A DNA stretch of 64,000 nucleotides, taken from Deltaproteobacteria bacterium (GTDB lineage Bacteria > UBA10199 > JADFYH01). The stretch covers positions 15,955 through 79,954 of the forward strand of contig JADFYH010000011.1 in the NCBI GenBank assembly GCA_015233135.1, written 5' to 3'. Every line of letters begins with the position of its first letter. Position 1 is the stretch's first letter. Shown here in pieces: positions 30,239 through 41,029 of this stretch. The translations under genes and the position numbers were made by a program. The notes under the pieces were generated by a model that saw only the letters and a program-made list of their open reading frames with translations, was not told where the DNA came from and made no database searches.

Positions 30239-31438
30239 TTAATTCTGACTCGAGAGAGGGGTAGAAATAACATTCTGGGTGGCTTCAACATTGGATTTAA
30301 AAAAGAACATCACAAGTGCACTGATGAAAGAAAGTAGGGCGTAAATCAAAAAGGCCTTTTGACTTCCTAAGGCCGTCCATAAATATCCAAAAACCAGGGA
30401 GGCCGGAAGCAAAGCCATTCCGTAAGCAAAATAGTACCCGCCCAAGGCCGTGCCGCGAAATTGGGATTGGACGATCAAGGAAGGAATGGACCGCTCTGCT
30501 GCTTCTACAAAGCCCGCTTGAAAACCGTAGAGAACCAGAAAAATCCAAGCGATTTTCAGCGTGTGAGATTGAGAAAATCCAAAAAAACTTACAGCAAAAA
30601 AAAACCAACCCAATGAAATAATGTATTTAGGTTTTATTTTATCACTGAGAGCTCCTCCCAACAGTGCAGCAATCAGACTAAAAGCTGTGAGCAATAACCA
30701 AGCCAGAGGGGCATGTTTAGGGCTTAAACCCAATTCCTGTATTTTTAAAATGAGAAAAAGTTCTGAAGGAGAACTTAAGGCGGCAAAGAAGATAATTACC
30801 AAGTAAATTTTCAAAGATTTATTCATTCCTTGAGTTGAAAAAATTTTTTCTTTTTTTTCTTCTCTTTTCTCAAAAGAAGGTTCTTGCAGCAGAGGAGAAA
30901 TAACAAGGATGGATAAAATAGCTGGAATAGAAGCCAGGAGAAAGAGTTTGCTGTAACTGATGGCAAAAGTAGAGAGAAGAAAAGTAGCTAGCAAAGGACC
31001 TAAGAGGGCTCCTGTATGATCCATGGCCCGTTGAACGCCAAAGGCCTTGCCCCAATGACTTTTTGGTGCGCTCAAAGTTAAGAGTTGATCTCGGGGAGAA
31101 GTTCGAATGCCTTTGCCAATGCGGTCTGTAAGACGGATGGCTAAAATAATTCCGGGAGAAGCGATCGCCATGAGTGGGCGGGTAAAGGCACACAATCGAT
31201 AGCCCCACACGGTGAGCTGTCTCGGGTTTTGCAGGCGATCGGAATGATAACCCGAAAAAAGTTTGAGGATATTCGATAAGGCATTCGCACAGCCTTCCAT
31301 CAGACCCAAAAAATGAGTCCCAGCCCCCAATGTCATTAAAAATGTAGGAAGCAAGGGCGTAATCATATCGGCGGCCATGTCATTAAACAGGCTTAAGGCT
31401 CCGAGTAAAAAAATATTTCGTCCCAGTTTTTTAAACAT
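30239..31438 (-). CDS. MFS transporter
   Basis: 12 predicted TM segments and an MFS loop motif. Confidence 0.8.
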   Translation of the reverse strand: MFKKLGRNIFLLGALSLFNDMAADMITPLLPTFLMTLGAGTHFLGLMEGCANALSNILKLFSGYHSDRLQNPRQLTVWGYRLCAFTRPLMAIASPGIILAIRLTDRIGKGIRTSPRDQLLTLSAPKSHWGKAFGVQRAMDHTGALLGPLLATFLLSTFAISYSKLFLLASIPAILSILVISPLLQEPSFEKREEKKEKIFSTQGMNKSLKIYLVIIFFAALSSPSELFLILKIQELGLSPKHAPLAWLLLTAFSLIAALLGGALSDKIKPKYIISLGWFFFAVSFFGFSQSHTLKIAWIFLVLYGFQAGFVEAAERSIPSLIVQSQFRGTALGGYYFAYGMALLPASLVFGYLWTALGSQKAFLIYALLSFISALVMFFFKSNVEATQNVISTPLSSQN

Positions 31439-31548
31439 TTTTGAAGACCTTAATTTCTAACGTCATGCCCCCCTAAAAGAAGCTTTACAACTGTATTGAA
31501 ACTAAATCAGAATAAGAACTTCTCATCAATGTCAATAAAGGGGATCCC

Positions 31549-32304
31549 ATGAAATTATTTCGGTTCTTTGTTTTGTTATTATTCCTCTCCAGTTTTTCCG
31601 CCTGTTTTCAATTTGAAGAAGTGCTCGAATTGAAAGGTGGGCAAGATTCCATCATGCATTTTGCGATGAAGCTTCCCACCGGGGGTGAAAAAGATAAAAA
31701 GAATGTCGATAAATCAGAGAAGAATTTTGAACAAATCAAACGAGATTTTGAAAAGCAGAATCTTTCTCCTCTAAAACTTGTAGGATTCAAAGCAAATGAG
31801 AAGGATGGTTATGTGTGGGCCGGTTTTGATTTTGCTATTCCCAGTTTGAAGGCGCTGAAGGTATTTTATGAAAACTTTAACTTGATGAGCGCTAACCCCA
31901 AAGATGAGAAAAAACCTGAGCCTTCTGTGAAGGAAAAGGAAATACAAAATGTGTTGGCGAAGGCGAGCTTTAGTTTAAAGAAATTGAGTAATGGCAACCT
32001 ACTCTTTAGCCGCACTTTTACACCTCCTCCCTCCACTGAAAAAAATAAGAAAAGCCAGAAAAAAGGCAAGAATGACAAAAAAGAAGAAGCCGCCATTTCA
32101 AACCCTGAAGAGGGTTTGATGGATATTGTGAGTTTTCGTTTTGAACTCATCAGCCCCACCGAAATAGTGAAATCGAATGCCGCTCAACAGATGGGGAACA
32201 GCCTGCGTTGGCAGACCAATATTGGTTATTTGGTGAGTCAGCCTTTCAAGATGGAAGCCGAGATTAAATCGTCTCTGGAGTTGGAGAAGATGTTGAGTGA
32301 GTAG
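31549..32304 (+). CDS. hypothetical lipoprotein, Lys/Glu-rich
   Basis: Signal peptide with lipobox-like LSSFSAC. No domain recognised. Confidence 0.5.
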   Translation: MKLFRFFVLLLFLSSFSACFQFEEVLELKGGQDSIMHFAMKLPTGGEKDKKNVDKSEKNFEQIKRDFEKQNLSPLKLVGFKANEKDGYVWAGFDFAIPSLKALKVFYENFNLMSANPKDEKKPEPSVKEKEIQNVLAKASFSLKKLSNGNLLFSRTFTPPPSTEKNKKSQKKGKNDKKEEAAISNPEEGLMDIVSFRFELISPTEIVKSNAAQQMGNSLRWQTNIGYLVSQPFKMEAEIKSSLELEKMLSE

Positions 32305-32356
32305 AGTTTTAAGGGAGAGGGGACTATCCGGACATGGGGGTAAACGGTGTGGAACC

Positions 32357-33553
32357 ATGAATGTAATATTGCCAAATAAAAATAAAAAACTAGGCATTTT
32401 AGGGGATGGTCAGCTGGCTCAAATGCTGGTCGAGGCTGCTTTCGAGCTGGGTTATGATCCCCTCGTTTATAGCAGCTCCAAAGAACATCCTGCCTCTCTC
32501 AAGACCTCTCGTATTTTTCTGGGAGAAATGAAGGATGCAGAAAAAATGTCTGATTTTTTTTCTCAGGTAGACCTCGTTGCTTTTGAGAATGAGTTCTTGG
32601 ATTGTGAACTCTTGGGAGAGGCCTCAAAGAATCTGTCCGTACAGATCTATCCCAGGCTTCCGGTGATTGAGCATCTGCAAGACAAGCTGAATCAAAAATA
32701 CCTTTTTAAAACCTTGCAAATGCCGAGTTCCGATTTTGTCGTTTTGAACGGAAAAGACACTGCTACCCTTGCAAAACTTTTTAGAAATTTTCCCGAAGGC
32801 TTTGTGTTGAAGTGGAGTCGCATGGGTTATGATGGAAAAGGAGTTTTAATCCTTCCTGCAGGAAGCAAGGCCTTTGATGAGATCTCAAGGTTTATTGAGT
32901 TGGGATTTTCTCGAGGGGCAGAGGTTTATGCGGAAGAAAAAATAAATTATGTCACCGAGCTTGCTTTGGTGGCAACTCGTTCGATTTCAGGAAAATTTGT
33001 GTCCTACCCTTTGATGATTTCCGAGCAGGAAAATGGAATCTGTAAGAAGGTGTTTGGTCCTGCGGTTGCCTTTGGTATTCCCGAGAGTTTACAAAAGCAG
33101 GCAACTACCCTGGCCTTAAAATTTGCGAATTCCCTGGAAATGGTGGGAACTTTTGCAATGGAGTTTTTCTTTACCCGCGAAGGAGATTTGTTGCTGAATG
33201 AAGTGGCTCCTCGCGTTCATAACTCGGGTCATATTACCCAGGATGCTTTCGCTCCTTCGCAATTTGAAAACCATTGGAAGGCCTTGCTCGATCGAGACTT
33301 GAGTTTGAAAAATAAAGCTCCTTTTTTTGGGATGTTGAATTTGTTGGGGCCCGCTTCTGCCAAAATTCAAAATGCAAAGGCTCCCGAATTTAAGGAAGAA
33401 AAATTATTTTTGCATTGGTATGATAAAAAAGAGTTAAGAGCTTTCCGAAAAATGGGGCATATCAATGGGGTGGCTGATACTAAAAATGAATTACTGGAAA
33501 AAATGAAGTTGGCGCAGAAGTTGGATGAAGATTGGATGAAGAGTTTTAAATAG
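32357..33553 (+). CDS. purK: N5-carboxyaminoimidazole ribonucleotide synthase PurK (ATP-grasp)
   Basis: LGILGDGQLAQML N-terminus and ATP-grasp motifs (GFVLKWSRMGYDGKG; LLNEVAPRVHNSGH). Start moved to MNVILP. Confidence 0.85.
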   Translation: MNVILPNKNKKLGILGDGQLAQMLVEAAFELGYDPLVYSSSKEHPASLKTSRIFLGEMKDAEKMSDFFSQVDLVAFENEFLDCELLGEASKNLSVQIYPRLPVIEHLQDKLNQKYLFKTLQMPSSDFVVLNGKDTATLAKLFRNFPEGFVLKWSRMGYDGKGVLILPAGSKAFDEISRFIELGFSRGAEVYAEEKINYVTELALVATRSISGKFVSYPLMISEQENGICKKVFGPAVAFGIPESLQKQATTLALKFANSLEMVGTFAMEFFFTREGDLLLNEVAPRVHNSGHITQDAFAPSQFENHWKALLDRDLSLKNKAPFFGMLNLLGPASAKIQNAKAPEFKEEKLFLHWYDKKELRAFRKMGHINGVADTKNELLEKMKLAQKLDEDWMKSFK

Positions 33554-33574
33554 TATTTTCGTGGAGAGAATAAA

Positions 33575-34060
33575 ATGAAAAAAAATATTCATGTCGCCAT
33601 CGTTATGGGCAGTGACTCCGACCTCCCGGTCATGAAAGAAGCCGCTGCCGCCTTGAAGCAATTTAAAATCAATTTTGAGATGTCTATAGTTTCTGCCCAC
33701 CGCACTCCCCAAGAAATGGCTCAATTTGCGCAAGAGGCGCGGGCACGAGGAATCAAGGTGATTATCGCGGGAGCGGGTGGGGCCGCTCATTTACCAGGGA
33801 TGATCGCGGCAAATACCGAATTGCCGGTGATTGGAGTTCCGGTGCCCGTAGGTCATTTGAATGGGCAAGACGCGCTGCTCTCGATTGTGCAAATGCCTAA
33901 AGGAGTTCCGGTGGCGACGGTAGCCATTGGCAATGCCTGGAACGCGGGTGTCCTTGCTGCCCAAATTTTAGGGGTAGCCGATGCTTCTGTGCTGGATCAA
34001 ATCTGCAGCTATAAAGAGGCCTTGAGAAAAAGGGTGCTCAAAAAGAAAATTAAATCTTGA
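33575..34060 (+). CDS. purE: N5-CAIR mutase PurE
   Basis: [14 protein letters not shown]...SAHRTP...[14 protein letters not shown] is the PurE signature. Confidence 0.9.
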   Translation: MKKNIHVAIVMGSDSDLPVMKEAAAALKQFKINFEMSIVSAHRTPQEMAQFAQEARARGIKVIIAGAGGAAHLPGMIAANTELPVIGVPVPVGHLNGQDALLSIVQMPKGVPVATVAIGNAWNAGVLAAQILGVADASVLDQICSYKEALRKRVLKKKIKS

Positions 34061-34123
34061 TGAATGCCCATTCAAATCCCTAATTGACAGCGTTAAAAAA
34101 ATCTCGATAGAAGCGCTGCTATT

Positions 34124-35770
34124 ATGAATACACAAAAACTTTTAAGTAGCGCAAAAACTGTCCTTCAACACATCAGCAAACACTTGGCGGCTAAGGCCTC
34201 AGATGGAAAAGATATTTCCACTGCCAGGCTCGACACCTTTCAGGCTTTGGCCTATGATCTGGCCTGGATTTCCTCTGAAGTTTATGCGGCTGAAGAGAGT
34301 GTGGCCTTTGCGGAGCAGAATGGTGGTGAACTTGAAAAAGCCCTGGCTGAATATTTTACTGCCGAAATGATCAGTAATTTCAGTCAGAAATTGGCTTACC
34401 ATTGGACCGAATTTGGAGCAGGGCCCGATCTTTTGATGAGTACTTTGTGGAGTCGAGAGGTGGCCAGCGAAGTTGAAAAAACGCTGGCTACCGAGAATGT
34501 TGTTCGCATTGCAGGGCTCATCCAAAAACACAACGGAAAGATTGCTTATGGGCTGGATGAAAATCATGCGATGTTCCGCGAAACCTTCAAAAAATTTGCG
34601 GAAGATGTTGTTATGCCTTTGGGCGAAAAAGTACATCGTCACGATGCGCTGATCCCGAATGAAATTTTAAATGGCCTTAAAGAACTGGGCTGCTTTGGTC
34701 TATCGATTCCCCAAAAATTTGGTGGATTTCAGGATGACGCAAAAGCGGACAACATCGGAATGTGTGTGGTAACGGAAGAATTGTCCCGTGGGGGCCTGGG
34801 GATTGCGGGTTCGCTGATTACCCGCCCCGAAATTTTATCCAAGGCCTTGCTCAAGGGCGGGACTGAAGAACAAAAGCAGAAGTGGCTTCCTTTGCTGGCG
34901 ACGGGTGAGAAAATGGCGGCGGTTGCGGCCACCGAGCCTGATTTTGGCTCGGACGTTGCCGGTATGAAAGTGACCGCCAGACCTCAGGAATCTAGAGGTC
35001 AAAAAGGCTGGATCATCAATGGAGTAAAAACCTGGTGTACCTATGCGGGTTTTGCGGATTCTCTCATGGTGCTTTGTCGCACTGATCCTGATATGAGCAA
35101 AAAACACAAAGGGATGTCGATTCTCATCGCCGAAAAACCCAGCTTTGACGGGCACGAATTCAAATACGATCAACCCGAACACGGTGGACACATTGAAGGA
35201 AAGGCCATCCCCACCATCGGTTACCGTGGCATGCATTCTTTTGAAGTGGCTTTTGAAAATTACTGGGTGCCCGAAGAAAATTTAATTGGTGGAGAAGCGG
35301 GTTTGGGAAAAGGATTTTACTTCCAGATGGAAGGCTTTGCCGGCGGACGTTTGCAAACTGCCGCTCGTGCCATGGGCGTGATGCAAGCCTCATTTGAAGC
35401 GGCTTTGCGCTACGCGGGCGAGAGAAAAGTTTTTGGAAAAACCATTGGTGAATATCAAATAACGCAATGGAAACTGGTGCGCATGCTCGCGATCATCCAA
35501 GCCTGCCGCCAAGCCACTTTTCACGCCTGCCGTCTGATGGATGACCACAAAGGTTCCATGGAAGCCTCCCTCGTTAAATTTTACTGTTCCAAGGTGAGTG
35601 AATGGGTAGCCCGCGAGGCCCTGCAAATACACGGGGGCTACGGTTATGCTGAGGAATACGCGGTGAGCCGCTACTATGTCGATGCCCGCGTTTTCTCTCT
35701 CTTTGAAGGGGCGGAGGAAGTGTTGGCTTTGAGGGTGATCGCACCGGCTTTATTGAAGCAGTATTTGTAA
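34124..35770 (+). CDS. acyl-CoA dehydrogenase family protein with N-terminal extension
   Basis: ACAD middle and C-terminal motifs (catalytic YAEEYAVSRYYVDAR region). 548 aa. Confidence 0.85.
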   Translation: MNTQKLLSSAKTVLQHISKHLAAKASDGKDISTARLDTFQALAYDLAWISSEVYAAEESVAFAEQNGGELEKALAEYFTAEMISNFSQKLAYHWTEFGAGPDLLMSTLWSREVASEVEKTLATENVVRIAGLIQKHNGKIAYGLDENHAMFRETFKKFAEDVVMPLGEKVHRHDALIPNEILNGLKELGCFGLSIPQKFGGFQDDAKADNIGMCVVTEELSRGGLGIAGSLITRPEILSKALLKGGTEEQKQKWLPLLATGEKMAAVAATEPDFGSDVAGMKVTARPQESRGQKGWIINGVKTWCTYAGFADSLMVLCRTDPDMSKKHKGMSILIAEKPSFDGHEFKYDQPEHGGHIEGKAIPTIGYRGMHSFEVAFENYWVPEENLIGGEAGLGKGFYFQMEGFAGGRLQTAARAMGVMQASFEAALRYAGERKVFGKTIGEYQITQWKLVRMLAIIQACRQATFHACRLMDDHKGSMEASLVKFYCSKVSEWVAREALQIHGGYGYAEEYAVSRYYVDARVFSLFEGAEEVLALRVIAPALLKQYL

Positions 35771-35803
35771 AATTAAAAACCCAAGCGTGTTTTTCTAGTT
35801 ATC

Positions 35804-37102
35804 CTACTTTTTGAATCGCTCCTCCTCCCAGGGTAAAAAATGAATCAAGGCCAAACCGGGAAGAGAGGCCAAAAAACAAAATAAAAAGTAATAGGCATAG
35901 CCCAGGTGTAGGCCATCTTTATGAATCAGCCATTCGCTGAGGTATCCGCCAATAGGCCCAGAAATCATGGGACCGAAGGCGATGAGGGAAGTCGAAATTG
36001 CATAGTGGGAGGCTTTGAATTCCTTGCTGCAGGTTCGCATCTGAAAAATCACAAAGGCCGTGGCACCTATGCCGGCTGCAAATTGTTCCAAGAAATGAAT
36101 TGCAGCTACTTCCCACAAATGCATTTTTGCGAGTGCTAAGACCCCATAGACCAGGATGGTAAAATTCATAAAAAGCGCCGACTGCCAGAGCCCCTTTTTA
36201 AGCCCTATTCGGGATACCCACCAGCCCCCAGCCAAGCTTCCAGCAATGGATCCAATTTTTCCTAAAGTTCCCCCAATCCAACCCAGTTGTTCTTTTGTGA
36301 TTCCCAAATCCAATAAAAAAGGGGTGTTCATGGCGAATAGCATCGCATCGCCTAATTTATAAATAATGACGAAACTGATAATGAGAATGATTTTTTTCTG
36401 TTCCAAATAAGTCAAAAAAGCGCGGCCATATTCTTGAAAATATTTTTGAATCTTAGCCTCTTCTCGAAGAGAGTCGCAGATCTCGATATTATTGGGGGCT
36501 AGGGTGAGGTGAGTGTCCCTCGGCAAGAAGAAGAGGTTATACAAGAAACAAATTCCATACAAAACAGCACAACTCATAAAGGCCCAAAACCAGTTTACTC
36601 TTTCGGCAATGACCAGAGGGATTGAACTTCCGAGTATCATTGCCACCCGGTAAGCCATGGTTCTCACACCCGCGAAGGCGGCCTGTTTTTCTTCATCCAG
36701 GGCTTCGAGGTAAAATCCATCAATAGCAATATCGCTCGTCGCACTCAAGAAGGCACACAATCCAAATGCCACCCACCAAAATACCTTGGCATTAGGCATC
36801 ACCACAATAAAAGACATGAGTACCAAGACTGCCAGCAGCAAGGCTTGTAAACACAAGGTCCAGGAACGCTTCTTCCAAAACAGATCGACGAAGGGACTCC
36901 ACAAAAATTTGAAGGTGTAAGGAATACCCAATAGTGAAGTAAAGCCCACCACATGATTGCTCTCACCCATGCTTTTGAGGAAAGCCGGCACCACCGTGGT
37001 TCGTAAAAAAGTGAAAGGAAGGCCCTGGGTGAAATAAAGAAAATTGACCCAGAGAAAATCCTTTATGTTTTTAGTGGATTGCTTTTTGTCGTTTTCTTGC
37101 AT
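35804..37102 (-). CDS. MFS transporter, AmpG-like permease
   Basis: FKFLWSP motif and overall AmpG-like topology. Confidence 0.7.
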   Translation of the reverse strand: MQENDKKQSTKNIKDFLWVNFLYFTQGLPFTFLRTTVVPAFLKSMGESNHVVGFTSLLGIPYTFKFLWSPFVDLFWKKRSWTLCLQALLLAVLVLMSFIVVMPNAKVFWWVAFGLCAFLSATSDIAIDGFYLEALDEEKQAAFAGVRTMAYRVAMILGSSIPLVIAERVNWFWAFMSCAVLYGICFLYNLFFLPRDTHLTLAPNNIEICDSLREEAKIQKYFQEYGRAFLTYLEQKKIILIISFVIIYKLGDAMLFAMNTPFLLDLGITKEQLGWIGGTLGKIGSIAGSLAGGWWVSRIGLKKGLWQSALFMNFTILVYGVLALAKMHLWEVAAIHFLEQFAAGIGATAFVIFQMRTCSKEFKASHYAISTSLIAFGPMISGPIGGYLSEWLIHKDGLHLGYAYYFLFCFLASLPGLALIHFLPWEEERFKK

Positions 37103-37145
37103 GCGGGGCAGATTGGCAGGCTAACTTTTGCTGTGCAATGGAAAA

Positions 37146-37565
37146 TTAATTCCAATAGGTATCTTTTTCAGGAGTCTTGATTGCTAATAAGATTTTGGCA
37201 GTAGTTTTCAGAAGCAGGGAGGTATTATTTTCGAGTTGTTTGAGGGAAATGTGCAGCCGCTGGCTGTTTTTTTTGAATTGTTCGCAATTTTCCTGATGAC
37301 ATTTTTTTCTATTTTCTATCTCAAGTTGTTTCTCCCAAACGCCTTGGGCCTCTTCAAAAAAGGCCTCGCGCAGAGAAATAGGAGTTTTATCATTTAGACT
37401 TTTGTCTAGCAGTTCAATGAATCGTGCTTTGAAGTTTTCACCAACATTTTTATTTTGAAGCACTTTATTGATGAGCTGATTATACTTTTCCACGGCATTT
37501 CTCTTTTTTCTGATGGTTTGCTTGGCAGTCCTCGCAATTTCCAAGGATACCTGGGGTGTTACCAC
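37146..37565 (-). CDS. hypothetical protein (coiled-coil)
   Basis: ORF only. Confidence 0.4.
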   Translation of the reverse strand: MVTPQVSLEIARTAKQTIRKKRNAVEKYNQLINKVLQNKNVGENFKARFIELLDKSLNDKTPISLREAFFEEAQGVWEKQLEIENRKKCHQENCEQFKKNSQRLHISLKQLENNTSLLLKTTAKILLAIKTPEKDTYWN

Positions 37566-37585
37566 GATTAAAAAATTGGTAATGC

Positions 37586-38017
37586 TTATTTTTTACACGC
37601 TGTGGTCTTTTCTAAATACAGCTGATTGAGAGTTAGTACCTCGCTGCAAATAAGTGGGGCATAGTCACTGGAGGCATTTTCTGGCATACGAAAAGGCGTG
37701 CCTGCTTCACAAGTGATACTTCTCAGAAGGTCTCTCAAAGCGACTAGCTTGAGGTAATTGAAATTGAGGCAACGGACAGAATCGTTTTTTCTTCTAGCGC
37801 AGTAGAGATCTTCTTCGGAATATAGGCCCAGCGTAGAATAGAAGGCTTCATTCAATTTGCCGGAGCAGATAGACTGCTTTGCATCAGGATCTGGAGCGAG
37901 GGAAGGGGTATCGAATTTTTTAAAGGGGGCCTCTAGGGGTTTGATAGGCTGGGCAAGCGGCTGGGCCTGGGCATTTCCCACTAAGAGGAAGAAAAAAAAT
38001 AACAAAAAAAAGGGCAT
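37586..38017 (-). CDS. secreted Cys-rich hypothetical protein
   Basis: Signal peptide MPFFLLFFFFLLVGNAQA. Six Cys. The start codon lies inside the upstream terminator hairpin. Confidence 0.5.
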   Translation of the reverse strand: MPFFLLFFFFLLVGNAQAQPLAQPIKPLEAPFKKFDTPSLAPDPDAKQSICSGKLNEAFYSTLGLYSEEDLYCARRKNDSVRCLNFNYLKLVALRDLLRSITCEAGTPFRMPENASSDYAPLICSEVLTLNQLYLEKTTACKK

Positions 38018-38034
38018 GACGAATCATGCCCTTT
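37995..38034 (-). terminator. rho-independent terminator of the peroxiredoxin gene
   Basis: 11-bp stem aaagggcatga/tcatgcccttt with a 4-nt loop. On the minus strand it is followed by an 8-nt T run and a further T run. Confidence 0.6.
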
Positions 38035-38058
38035 GAAAATAAAATAATCAATCAAACT

Positions 38059-38646
38059 TTAACCATGTTTTGAAAAATAAGACTTCGAAGCCTCTACACC
38101 AGGCTTGATGGTATCCAAACCGGGTCTCCAATTGGCGGGGCAAACTTCACCATTTTTTTCGAAGAATTGAAGGGCATCCACCATACGAATGGCTTCTTCA
38201 ACACTGCGTCCCAAGGGAAGATTGTTCACCACTTGGTGATGAATAACACCCTCTTTATCCATTAAGAACAAACCCCGAAGTGCAATGCCTGCATCCTCAA
38301 GCAGCACGCCAAATTTACGGCTAATCTCTTTGGTGACATCGGCGATGAGAGGATATTTGATCTCACCAATTCCTCCTTCTTTTTTTGGTGTCTTTCTCCA
38401 GGCCAGGTGGCTGAATTTGGAGTCGATAGAAACCCCCAGCACCTGGACATTACGTTTTTCAAACTCGGCCACCGCTTCTGAGAAAGCGATAATCTCAGTG
38501 GGGCAGACGAAAGTGAAATCAAGCGGGTAGAAGAATAAAAGTACATACCTCCCCTTGTAATCCGAAAGAGAAATATCCTTGAATTCACCGTTTGCCAGCA
38601 CGGCCGAAGCTTTAAAATCAGGGGCTTTTTGTCCAACTTGTATCAT
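38059..38646 (-). CDS. typical 2-Cys peroxiredoxin (AhpC/Prx1 family)
   Basis: FTFVCPTEI peroxidatic Cys motif and resolving Cys in GEVCPANW. Confidence 0.9.
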   Translation of the reverse strand: MIQVGQKAPDFKASAVLANGEFKDISLSDYKGRYVLLFFYPLDFTFVCPTEIIAFSEAVAEFEKRNVQVLGVSIDSKFSHLAWRKTPKKEGGIGEIKYPLIADVTKEISRKFGVLLEDAGIALRGLFLMDKEGVIHHQVVNNLPLGRSVEEAIRMVDALQFFEKNGEVCPANWRPGLDTIKPGVEASKSYFSKHG

Positions 38647-38801
38647 GGGCTCCTCCTTGTAATGAATGTGTAATTCCCTCCATGTCCAATGTACGACATA
38701 TAGAGTCTTATTTTGTTCGTCAATGGGGTTAATCGAAAAAAAAATCGAGTAAAAACTAAAGTTTTAAAGTTATCTGCCGTTCTAGTTGCTGGAGGCGGGC
38801 T

Positions 38802-39971
38802 ATGAGTGAATTTCTTAAGATGGCGCAAAATGTTGCGGCGGCTGCACTTATTCAGCAATTTTTGGATAAGGATGCCAGGTCGAGTATAGCGTCAGCAAGG
38901 CCAAAAATAAGTCCCATCAGCTTTAAGGCCACGGTTTTTTCGTTAAAGGGGCAGAACGTCTATGCCCTTCAGGATTTTCGCAGCGTTGCGAGTGAAAATC
39001 AGGATCTCCTCTATGCGATTTCAAAGTCGGATGCGGCAAAACATCTTCTTACTCAAACCAAGGTTTCTTCGAGAGAAGATTTGGCAAAAATTGTTGCTCA
39101 ATCGGCCTATAATGCCGTCAAAAATGATGCATCGGCCCCTTCCGATCTAAAAACCCAATTTCAGCAAGATCCAAGTTATGCAGCCCTTGTATTAGCTAAT
39201 GTAGGCGGGATTCAGGATTTGCTTAAAAAAGAAGACCTTTCTAAGCTCGTGTTTTCGACGAGCACAGGAGAAACCGAAGTTTTTAAACAATTGGCCCAAA
39301 AAGCAGCCTCTCTTTTTCAAAGGGGGAATACCTTGAATGATGTGAGCTTTTTTGAAAATAATCTCAACGCGGCCATTTATGTATTAAATAAACCAGACTT
39401 AGTAAAAAAACTTAATGCAGGAGATTCAGCAGGAAATGCTGCCGCTTTAACCTTTAAAACGAATGTAGGGCGTAGTGATCAGGTTCAGGTTTTCCAGGAT
39501 ACTGCAGTCAGTTTGGCCAAAAATTTGGTGGATCGCTCGACCTATACTCAAACTTTCTTTGAAAATAATCCCGAGCTGACCCAATTTGTAGTGGCAACCG
39601 ATTTGTTGAACTTTAATACAAAGGCTCCAGATATTTTAAGAAGTAACTTGAGTTATCAGTCCAGTAATATTGCTTTAGGGGACCATTTTAATTTTGACGA
39701 TCTTGTCAATCAAACCCTTTCCAAGGATGCTGCTGCAAAAATAGGTGGCAATTCTTCTTTACCCTCGAATTTTCTGAAATCGCACTTGGGACTGGCCCAA
39801 CTCATTCGGGAAAACCCACAGTTTAGCAAGAGCCTTCAGACTGAGGGTTCAAAAAATCAACTGCAAGTGATCTTCCAACGAAGGGCCGCATCGAGTATCG
39901 ATTTACAAGAGGTGATGACAAGCCTGCAGAGGAATTTTAACTCGAAAAGGGCACTCTCTTATATTATTTAA
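38802..39971 (+). CDS. hypothetical protein
   Basis: ORF with no recognisable motif. Confidence 0.5.
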   Translation: MSEFLKMAQNVAAAALIQQFLDKDARSSIASARPKISPISFKATVFSLKGQNVYALQDFRSVASENQDLLYAISKSDAAKHLLTQTKVSSREDLAKIVAQSAYNAVKNDASAPSDLKTQFQQDPSYAALVLANVGGIQDLLKKEDLSKLVFSTSTGETEVFKQLAQKAASLFQRGNTLNDVSFFENNLNAAIYVLNKPDLVKKLNAGDSAGNAAALTFKTNVGRSDQVQVFQDTAVSLAKNLVDRSTYTQTFFENNPELTQFVVATDLLNFNTKAPDILRSNLSYQSSNIALGDHFNFDDLVNQTLSKDAAAKIGGNSSLPSNFLKSHLGLAQLIRENPQFSKSLQTEGSKNQLQVIFQRRAASSIDLQEVMTSLQRNFNSKRALSYII

Positions 39972-39983
39972 AAAAATAGGGGG

Positions 39984-40862
39984 TTAACGAATGGCTAGAA
40001 ACAAAGGAGTCGATTCTTGTAGGGCCGCCTGAATTTGAAGGAGAAGCTCGTCGTATTTTTCTGCGGGCAGTCCTGCGCTGTACCAAGATGCCAGAAAATC
40101 TTCATCGCAGGGAGGTCCTCCGCTATCTCCCCAGTGCTGGATGTTGCAGAGATAATCCGCCACGTTTACCAGGGCCGACAAATCGTTATATTTTCCTTCT
40201 TCCCGAAAGGGATGGTGGTGATTGCGGATGCTTTCCACAAAAATTTCGGATAAAGACCAGTGCGAGGCCAACCAGGCCCCCACCTCGGCATGGGTGGTTT
40301 TAAATACTTCTTCTTCTGCCATGAACAGAGGGCAGTTTTTCTCAATAGAAATTTTTAAGGCTTCTATAAAATCTTCGTGAAAAAACTGATCAAAAACAAT
40401 ACGACCCATGTCATGAATGACGCCCATTAAATGTAAAACATCTAGACTGTATTCCTTCCTTTCTTTCAGGTTGGAATAGGGAAAAAGAACATTCATGGCA
40501 ATGCCTGAACTAATGGAGTGCTTCCAAAACTCCTTGCGGTCAAAACTGATTTCACCATCATTGAAGACAGAAAAAATAGCGCTGGAAAGGCCCAAATTAT
40601 AGACACAAGAAAGGCCTAAACGGGCAATGGCCAGCTTTAGCGAGGTGATGGGTTTAGAAACCCCCCGGTAGAATACCGAGTTGGCAACACTTAGAATATT
40701 GGTCATGAGAGAGGGGTCATTTTCCAGAAGTTTTTTGATTTGTGAGGCATCAGAGTTGGGGTCATTGATTAGGCGTGAAAGTTGTTGAATAATTTGCGGC
40801 AGAGTAGGTAAATTATGAACCATCTCTAGTTTGCGAAACACAATGACGGATGAAGAGTACAT
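39984..40862 (-). CDS. HDOD domain signalling protein
   Basis: HDOD pattern (LPTLPQIIQQLSRLINDP...HAEVGAWLASHWSL). Start uncertain (MYSSS at 40862 or MVHNL at 40823). Confidence 0.65.
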   Translation of the reverse strand: MYSSSVIVFRKLEMVHNLPTLPQIIQQLSRLINDPNSDASQIKKLLENDPSLMTNILSVANSVFYRGVSKPITSLKLAIARLGLSCVYNLGLSSAIFSVFNDGEISFDRKEFWKHSISSGIAMNVLFPYSNLKERKEYSLDVLHLMGVIHDMGRIVFDQFFHEDFIEALKISIEKNCPLFMAEEEVFKTTHAEVGAWLASHWSLSEIFVESIRNHHHPFREEGKYNDLSALVNVADYLCNIQHWGDSGGPPCDEDFLASWYSAGLPAEKYDELLLQIQAALQESTPLFLAIR

Positions 40863-41029
40863 AATTTTTTTTAATAAAATGAAATTGAACCTTACGAAAA
40901 ATGTTGATTCTATCCATTGTAAGTTGGATAGCCTACAAAAAGAAACGTTTTTTGAAAATATTTTTTTGTCAGTTTGCAAAAAAGTTAATATTCAATAACA
41001 ACTGTCTGTTTTTGAAAGGGCGTTAGTTT

